A stretch of 64,000 nucleotides of DNA from Bugula neritina (taxonomy: Eukaryota > Animalia > Bryozoa): NCBI GenBank assembly GCA_964035545.1, contig OZ037767.1, positions 22,274,628 to 22,338,627 of the forward strand, read 5' to 3'. The notes below the pieces were generated by a model that saw only the letters and a list, made by a program, of their open reading frames with translations, did no database searches and was not told where the DNA came from. A program made the translations under genes and the position numbers. Shown here in pieces: positions 54,663-64,000 of the stretch (the stretch's first letter is position 1; each line of letters begins with the position of its first letter).

Positions 54663-57600
54663 ATGTCTGCCTACACTTTAGCTTTGCTGCTGTGTGCAGC
54701 ATGCTCTCTCACTGTACAGACTGGTCATGCTGCCACCACTTCTGGTTCAAACATTTACGAGTTTGATCTAACTCTAACATGGGGAATGTCCATGACATAT
54801 ACTGATGCTGACGGGAAAATTTGGGTGAGTGACTCATAGACATTTTAAACAGGACTTTTTTTTATTTATCGACTCTTTTTGTTTCAACTATATCAATTAC
54901 AGTCATAACTTTTTACAGTATTATCTTATAATTTAGGCACAATTAATAAATTGATTTGTTTGCTGCTTTGTATAGTATGTAGAGCGCATGGTGTCATATA
55001 TTTCAACACAGCACTTTTTAATACTGGTGCAACGTGGAGAGGTATGTAGAACAACGAAAAACATTTATTGCAAAATCAATTAAATGACATGTATTACTTG
55101 TTGCAGATTGAAAATAGTTGAAACATTTTTAGTTTCAATTAATATCTATTTTCATTTTACTTTTTATGGTTTTGTGGTAATATCCAACTATACAACAGCG
55201 AAGAGAAATTATACTCTACTCTTGTCATTTCTTATACCTACAAGTTACACTGTAATTACTTTATAAAGTTAGTATTGCTATTATTAAACGCCGTTCATAA
55301 CAAAATGTTCAAAAAATGTGTTTTCAAATAACTTCAGGATGTTACACTAGATCGTGGAGAGCTTTACTACTTTGTGAATGACACTAAAATCAATCTGAAT
55401 AAAAGAGACGTCAACACCCTAGATGGAGTGCAAAAAAGACACATTGCTATCAATGGGAAGTTTCCTGGGCCCACCTTACACGTTCCACTTGGTGCAATGG
55501 TTAGTTACATATAAATCAAAGTCAAACAATAAGCAAAAGACTTAAACATACATATGTAAATACTATAGCTTTATAAAACACCAGGAAAATTTTCAAGTAA
55601 TAATATTAAAATTATTTAAATTATTATTTTTAATGAACATATACAAAACGAATAGTACTTGAACCTAGTGTGTTTAAAAGACATTAAGGTAAATGATACA
55701 TATATATTAAGATTCTATTCATATTTTGTTTGTTTACATACTATTATATAAATCTTATAAGTAAGAAGTTTAAAAATTGTTCTAATTGTGATAGCCCAAA
55801 GAGTGAAATTCAGTTGAGGTAAATTCATCCGCTTTTATTAAAGAATGACCTAGTGCATATAAAGTAAGCAAAGGTATCACGATGGGCATCACATACTCAG
55901 CACAACAAATAGTCTGGGTACCATTTTAACTAGTTGCTTTTGTAAGCAAAAATTAACATTTCGGCAAGTAGTTATGCATGCAAATGCAAATATATTGCTA
56001 ATGTACAGTGTAAACAATATTTACAAAAATTAAACTCAAAGATTGCTATTCATGCGACAAAAATTTTTCTCATCTCCTTTTATCTTCTTTTTTCAATAAT
56101 TTCCTTCTCACTTAGCTTTTTTTTCACATCACAATGCTGTTTTCTACTGTTCAGGTCTATGTACATGTACACAATCAACTGATGACTGACAGTGCTACAA
56201 TACACTGGCATGGTATTAACATGAAAGGAAGTAACAATACTGTTAGTGGCGCCACACCATGGTCTGATGGCGTACCCTATGTTACCCAGTGTCCTATCTT
56301 GCCCGGAGCAACCTTCACTCATGTGTATGTACAGGCATTAAATCAGGTACAATGTAATTATAACAATATAGCCCGGAAATTTGGTTTTTATCTAGATTAT
56401 ACATTTCAAAACTTGCTTATTGTAGATTTGCAGCCAATGAAGCCGGCACTTTCTGGTACCACTCTCATCAAGAAATGCAAAAAATGGATGGTTTGTTTGG
56501 CGCTCTTGTTATTTATGATCCTGCTCGAAAGCACTATCCTTCATTTACTGTCATAAACACAGACTGGATGCAAACCGGTGCCACTTATTATGCCTCAAAC
56601 TATAACTACTTCAACATACCTACTCCCAACTATGGACGTAAGTAATATTTACTGAATAGTTATATTTTTATTCTAACATCTGGCAGCTAACTTAGTAAGT
56701 CTGATAGTTTTGCTTATATTTCTGAAGTCTTAGATGAGAAGCTAATGAATAGATCATATCATAAGGGGTAATGCTTTTATGACACCACTAATCATTATTC
56801 TAATTAATAAAATCTAAAGCTACATGTGAGTGTACAATGGCATTTCTTATGTAATATCTGCCGTTTGAAAACTGCATTGACAAGCTTCGATGACGTTTGT
56901 ATAATTTTTTCTTATGGGAAGCTTGTTCAAAACATTGTACTAAAATTAGTTTTTTATCAGCTGAATATGAGAGCATCTATATACGCTGTAAAAGATGCTT
57001 TGAATTATTTTGAGCAGCGATTCAAGAAAGATACGCTGGTGTAGATGCCCCTGGCCCTTATGCTGATAGCCATTTGGTGAATGGTAGAGGAAGGTTTGAA
57101 AACTCTGCTCCTCTAGAGGTTCACAGAGTAGAACAAGGAAAAGTGTATTTATTTAGATTCGTCAACGCAGGCTTTGATGATGAGTATGGGGTGTGTACTA
57201 AGCATAATGAAAGTAAATAAAAATTTAAAAAAAGTCAAACTCTTAGAATTTTCAGATTATTGCTTTCACTGCATCGCCTTTCTTATTGAGTAATTTGTTA
57301 TGCTTATGGATGCCGCCTAATTTTTACAATTTAGTGTAAGTATGGTTTTTAGATTAGAAAATACTATCATTTCAATGAAAAAGTGATTAGAATTTGATAA
57401 ACTCTGTTTTGAATCAAAGGTTTCCATAGATGGTCATAAACTGATAGTACTAGGATTAGAGAGCTGTGAGATTGAGCCTGTGGAAGTTGATACAGTTTTC
57501 TTGATTCCAGGAGAAAGAATAAATGTTTTGGTGAATATGACACAAAGTCCAGGTATTTCCATTGAAACACAACTTCAGGCTATATATTCAAGCACAACCC

Positions 57601-60600
57601 CCAGCTAGTGATTTCAATTTTATTTGTCATTTGCTACATTCTTGTGCACTTTAATTACAGGAGCTGACTATTCATACATAACATCTATAATAGCAAAGCC
57701 AATAAGTCAAGCATTTTCGTTATTCGTTTAATTTTAAAAATTATTTAATTTCAAAAGAATTTTTAATTTTAAGGCATCAAGAAAGGTTTTACAAGCTACA
57801 GTCTTGGACTTAATTATGTTAATAAAATCAATTTTTTCTGCCAACACTATTAATTCTCCCAAGAATAAAGTGCGAGTTGTATGAGCATCAAACAGCATGT
57901 TGCATTTTACATAACTCTATTGGGTAAAACTTAGTTAAGACAACCAAAGTTGCATAGTTTATTTATTTTCTACTAACCTTATTTTTAGTTCTTTTATATT
58001 ATCAGAGCTTGAGAGAGCAGCTGTAATTTAGGGGTTAGAGCGTTAGCTTAGGAAACACAAAGTCATGGGTTCAAATTCTAGTAAAAGCCATTGGTGGTGT
58101 TAGGAAGAGCATCCAATCATAATTGCTCCTACATGTGCCACATATGAATAAGTCCTTAGCTTGTTTTAAAAAACTCCGTTCTATCAAGGGTTTTCACAGA
58201 AATATGTTAGCCTAATTTGATATTATTAGAGCTTTGTAAATAGTAATACGAGTATAAACTATGTACATTATGTTATCGTAAATTATTGCAGGTAACTACT
58301 GGGTGAGGTACAGAGGTGCAGATTATCAGCAGACCTCTCGTGGTCGCTCCATTCTCTCCTACACCAACTCCTCAGCTGACCCAACTACTTCTCCTAAAGT
58401 TTGCACTTCCTCAAATCCATGTGTCGCAATAAATTGCCCTTTTCACATGGTTTACGATTGGGACTGTATACCTATTCACAAGCTAAAATCTGCAAGCTAT
58501 CATGCTGCAGAGATTGCAAAAATCAAGTATGTCAGAAGTCTTGACTTATATCCGTGTTTGTTAATATAAAGCTTCCATTTGATTTGCTAGAGATACTAAA
58601 ACTGATTTCAAACAAGTAAGCTCCATTGTGCAATTTGTAGCATTTTCTCGTTTATTAACAACATTTTTTTAAACCAATTCATCAAAACAGGATCGCAAGC
58701 TATGCAGGTGGCTTAGCAGTTATACTTCTTTAGGTTTTATAAAAATGACATGCCATTTTGTTGTAGAGATGATAGCAATATGGTTGAAAAGTTTTACGCA
58801 TACAGTTCTCTTATTCATCACACTATTAATGGCAGATCTTTTGTTTTGCCTCAATCGAACTTTTTCCAAGGCAACTATAGCGATTATATTACCCCTTGTA
58901 AAACCGAAGAGTGCGAGAATAAGGCGTGCACTTGCACTTTTGTGGAAAAGCTTCCTATGCACGTAAGTGGTGTTAAATAAAACACTAAGGCTATATATTT
59001 GGGTAGCATTGAGTAAAATTCAAAGGCTATAATTTGCTATACTAGTACTGTATGAAATACTCGGGCTAAAGCTTGGCTGCTCCAGTGGTATCTGATTTTA
59101 CTAAAAATGTATAACTGTCAATTTAGTCAAACCTGACTCTTATGCTGAAACAAACAAATCTTTGCAGCATATCCTTGTTTTATATTGTTTATGCATATAC
59201 AGTATTATTGTTTCATCATTTCATAATCTATAATGTATTGCATACTGTAAATGTATAAACTAGTATATAAAATGCACTATAAACTGCATATATTTATGTT
59301 ATTTTCATATTATCTGTGTTGCTTTCTTTAGAAGTTTAGTTCGATGTATATTACTTGAAACTTAAAACAGCATAATTAATGTAACTAATTTTTTAAAACA
59401 GGATAAATTTCTAAATTATAGAACATAATTGCTCTGAATTATGCAACGATACAAATAAAATAGAAAAAATAAGAAAGATAGTGTAATAGCTTAAATTTTA
59501 AAACAAATTACAAACTAACTTTGCAATGATAAATTAAGTAAACTTTGTTAAAACAACAAATAGATAACAATTTTGATAAATAATGTCACATAGTGTTATA
59601 TAATATTTAGTTTTGAATTTTGTTTAAATACATAAATTTTGACAAGTAGAGTAATTGTTATTGATAGACTTAATGTTTTTCAATGCAACATTGAACGTGA
59701 AATAAGGCACAATAAAAGGCAAAGGTTTTTTATTTTTATTAGTTATCACTTAAAGAAAGTTACCATTCTACTCTTAGATACATGTACAAGTAGGTGACAC
59801 AGGATATGTCAGTTATATGTATGATGTATATGTAAATAAATAATACAGTATGAATATTTGGCGGCTTGTAAGCAAACATAAAACAAATAATTCCGCTTTT
59901 TTTCCTTACAGAGAGTTGTACAGATTGTGGTAATCAATCACATGCTGATGCCAGCCCTACACACTTTTCACATGCATGGCTACAGATTTGCTGTTCTGAA
60001 AGTAGCTTATGCTCACAAAAACGTCACAGCTGGAACGATAGTCAGTCGACGTAAGTATCATCCAAATTTTCAGTCAGGAATTGTTTTTTCAATCTGACTC
60101 GAGCATTAAATATAGGATATTTTTATTTGGTTCAATTAAAGACACTTTTTCACAAGGAACTGAAATGAAAAATAAGTTTACTAAGTATTTTGATAACTAA
60201 ATATCTAAAAAAAATTACCTTAATCTTCAGCTTTTTGTCAATGTAATTTTATCAGAAAAATAATAAACAGTCATATATGCAGTTGGAATGGTTATGCTAA
60301 AGATATTTTAGTCATAATGTATTGAATGAAAAAGGCTATTGTTTTAATGGTTATTTGGTTTTTTTAGATGGTACAGACTACAATTGCTCCACTGACTACT
60401 GCAGTGATGTACATTGGCTAAATGATGACCTAAAGGATCTGGATGTAGACAGACCACCCCTGAAAGACAATCTTCTCATACCAATTGGTGGATATGCTGT
60501 GGTCAGAATATATACAGATAATCCTGGTTACTGGTTGGCTCATTGTCACCAGTCAAGTCATTTATGGGATGGTGAGTAAATTGAAAAGTTGAGCAATATA

Positions 60601-61477
60601 ATATAAAAGATATTCAAAGGTTGTAATGTATAGTGTTTGTCTAAGTGCAGCACTTTCTTGTAAAGTCAAGCTAGACTTGTAACTTTGGCTTTTTTTATAC
60701 AGTTGTCTAAAGTTGTACAAAATTCTTCTAAGTTAATTATTATATAAACTCCCCCAGTTTCTGCCAATCTATAATAACTGTTACATACACCGTTCTCACT
60801 GGGATTCAAATCTGAGACCTTCGGCGTACGAGTAAGCATGACACCACTGCGCCACATGGGCTACTGGGTAAACTCCACACTACATCTCATCTAGTTCTCA
60901 AGAACTCCATGGGCTTCTTTAGTACTTCTTCAGTCTTTGGACTCCCCTGACCTTTCAACTCCCTTGGAGTACACTACTACACTTCACTAAAGGCTGAAAT
61001 AGCTTATAAAACTTTTGCCCCCACTAAGATTCCAATCCGCGATCCTATAAAAACGTAGTGATAAAGTATCTATGATGTGAAGCATTGGAAGTGCAGTGAT
61101 ACAAGATTACTCAACTAGACTGAGTGCTATAATTATTGCTTTTAACTAAAATTAAGTAATGATGGCAGTAATTGAAAAGCTATAAAACATACTGCTATGA
61201 AGATGCCACTATATTTTTATCATTTCATATTGCCTGTGCTACAAAACTACTTGTTTTAGTAAGATTTATACCTTAATTGTGTTATTATACAGCATACTAG
61301 AAAGTAAAAAAAGTTATTGTTCAACAAATTTTCTGATTGTTGTAGAAACTCAAACATTAACTGTTATATTTCGCAGGTATGTCTTTGGTGTTTGACATAG
61401 AAGGCGAGAGTGCCAAAAAGACCATACCTCCTAATTTTCCAACTTGTGGCAATTTCATATTAGATCCACCTAACTAA
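54663..61477 (+). CDS. Laccase-like multicopper oxidase 2 (secreted, 11 exons, complete)
   Basis: Exons 54663-54824, 55338-55499, 56155-56324, 56426-56637, 57018-57190, 57420-57552, 58292-58526, 58767-58962, 59912-60050, 60368-60571 and 61377-61477; intron positions and phases match laccase 1. Motifs [31 protein letters not shown] and PPNFPTCG. Confidence 0.93.
58015..58200 (+). mobile_element. tRNA-derived SINE (best-preserved copy in the window)
   Basis: A-box-like TGTAATTTAGGGG, B-box GGTTCAAATTC, then CATTGGTGGTGTTAGGAAGAGCATCCAATCATAATTGCTC; three related copies elsewhere in the window. Confidence 0.55.
60790..60862 (-). mobile_element. tRNA-like SINE head or tRNA pseudogene
   Basis: The minus strand reads CCCATGTGGCGCAGTGG (A box)...GATTTGAATCCC (B-box-like); no complete cloverleaf. 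Confidence 0.45.
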
Positions 61478-61858
61478 GTATGGCTACAATAGAATTACCA
61501 TTGTAAAGACGGATGCCTATTACAAAAAGTACTTGTAGTTTTTGTTGTATTTTGTCCTGCATCGCCTGTTTAACTGAACTGTTTTGTTAACTTTTGGTTA
61601 AACGCAGCCTTTTTAGTCTATCACATTGCACATATTGCACTTTGGCTAGAAGGTAAATTTTATTTTTGTTTTGGGTAATGCAAAAGGACAGAATACTTGT
61701 ATTCTCACCAATTATTTGTAACATCTCTAACTATAACTACCAGCGATTAACCTTTTAGCTTCTATTTTTATTAGTGCACATACATGCATCTGTGTTGTGA
61801 TAAACCTATATGATTCAAATAAATATATGTTTATAATTCACCGGGTCGCATGAGAGCG

Positions 61859-62304
<446 letters not shown>

Positions 62305-63702
62305 AAAATGTATATGTTTGTATTAGTTTTAATAGATATGATATGTAGCTTCAGTACCTCTAAACAGCAACATTTACCATCTATGAATAGGATCCCATGC
62401 TTTCCCCTTTCTCAAGTAGCAAATATCAATAAAAACATTTAGACATCATATTTTCAGTTGCATGCTAAATAACATGCCCAGTTTCTAAAGACAGCATAAG
62501 TCACACTTTAATAGCAATAGCAACATTTTTAAAGTATTTTTGTTTGAGCAATTACTTCAATAAATAAGCTGGCATTCAAATAAATACAAATGGATGTATA
62601 ATGCTTATGCTGTTTTATATTATAAAACATATTATTTGACAGCGTTTCAATAAATATATTAAAACTGAGATTTTATGAATGAATGCAACAAAGTAACTTT
62701 ACTACAACATAGAATTTGAGCGCTAAAGTATATTGCTGTTTCGTTTGCAATAAATATATAATAAAATTTAGTATAATATATATCTAGTTTTTCTTTAATG
62801 CAGCATTATGTGTAAAGCTTGGTTACTTTATGTTTTTAAACTATTTCTGGAGTTATTATTCTTGAAAGATTTGCTAAAAATGCTCATCGGTTTCTATTTA
62901 TGGTATTAAGAACTCAGCCTGGTGCACCTCATGCAAAATTGAATAATTTTAGTTTTTTTGAAATTTATATCAAGTTGAATTGAGATCAATAATTGTGAAT
63001 GAGCTATATTGAGTTGTTGAAGTTTCTTGGATAACACCTAAAACTTTATAATATAGACATAAATGTCACACCTAATAACTTGGTAAACCTTGTTAGATAT
63101 TTTATTGAAATCACAGCAATTGAATAAAAAAATTATTTTTCAAATTTGTTTAGATGGTCCTTATAAGATTTCATTTAAACCAATCGAATGAAAAGAGATT
63201 TAATAATAAAACAGTGTTAACTAATGTATGCTGTTATTTTCAACCATGTTTTTTGTTATACTCAAAATTTATATAAGTAAAGTAGAAACTTTAAATTAAT
63301 ATATAAACTGTTTTCTAGTTTACTTTTAAAGACTGCTACTAATTTTCATAAAACATTGTTTTTCAATAACATGTTGCTGTTTAAAGACAAGACAGCAATA
63401 TATTCCATGTACAGTAAACAGAAGATCTATAAAACTACTTAATAAGTTATAATAAAAGTTACACCAATTTATGAAGCAACTTAAAGATATTGGAATCAGT
63501 GTACTATATCTTAGTTGCACAGAGCACTCAAATAACACTATAGGTCTAATGGTAGACACTTGATTGCACTTGTGTTATATTAATTCACATGATGGTAGTT
63601 CGTAACTCATGGTAGCTGATTGCTGTAGCACTTGAATACAGCTTGTAGGTGGCTAAGTTTTTAGGCAGGTAGGCATTGACATTTGTGTCATCTTTATACA
63701 AG

Positions 63703-63864
63703 ATGTCTGCCTATACTTTAGCTTTGCTACTGTGTGCAGCATGCTCTCTCACTGTACAGACTGGTCATGCTGCCACCACTTCTGGTTCAAACATTTACGA
63801 GTTTGATCTGACTCTAACGTGGGGAACATCCATGACCTATACTGATGCTAACGGGAAAATTTGG
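63703..63864 (+). CDS. Laccase-like multicopper oxidase 3, exon 1 only (continues beyond the window end)
   Basis: MSAYTLALLLCAACSLTVQTGHAATTSGSNIYEFDLTLTWGTSMTYTDANGKIW followed by the donor GTGAGT; 154/162 nt identical to laccase 2 exon 1. Confidence 0.88.
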
Positions 63865-64000
63865 GTGAGTATAATATTTTTTAATAATAAGTTGTTTTTA
63901 GTTTGTTGTTTAGCATTGCATAGCTAACTTAACTGGCACTTATTTCAATATTTACGTGTAAGTTTAATAAATTACCACAATATGCAAACATTATAATTTA

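Noticed and set aside
60790-60862. Functional tRNA gene
   Set aside because: A and B box-like motifs are present, but acceptor and anticodon stems cannot be formed; treated as a SINE head or pseudogene.

Overview
AT-rich, intron-rich animal (invertebrate-like) genomic DNA; the species cannot be named from the sequence alone. From left to right: (1) the 5' part of a minus-strand gene for a secreted Ser/Thr-rich protein with a Ly6/uPAR-like cysteine domain, running off the window start; (2) a 272-nt non-coding unit flanked by two type I hammerhead ribozyme motifs and inserted in a (TA)n tract, with the architecture of a non-LTR retrozyme; (3) a degenerate LRR gene fragment directly followed by (4) a 5'-truncated, multi-intron tyrosine recombinase gene of Crypton type, with the catalytic R/K/R/H/Y residues present, a C-terminal SANT/Myb-like domain and two homopolymer frameshifts; (5) a complete ECT2L orthologue (F-box, DUF4347-like, DH, PH) on the minus strand; (6) a 3-exon two-TM BK-channel beta-subunit/TipE-like gene; (7) a single-exon secreted 67-aa peptide gene just upstream of (8) a tandem array of at least three laccase-like multicopper oxidase genes (two complete, one partial) with unusual copper-site variants and signs of gene conversion. 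Introns and spacers carry many non-autonomous DNA transposons (hAT, PIF/Harbinger-type, a TTAA-type MITE, a foldback family), tRNA-derived SINE relics and long microsatellites. All exon calls were made by eye from splice signals and reading-frame phase; family names come from recalled motifs, and no database search was run.
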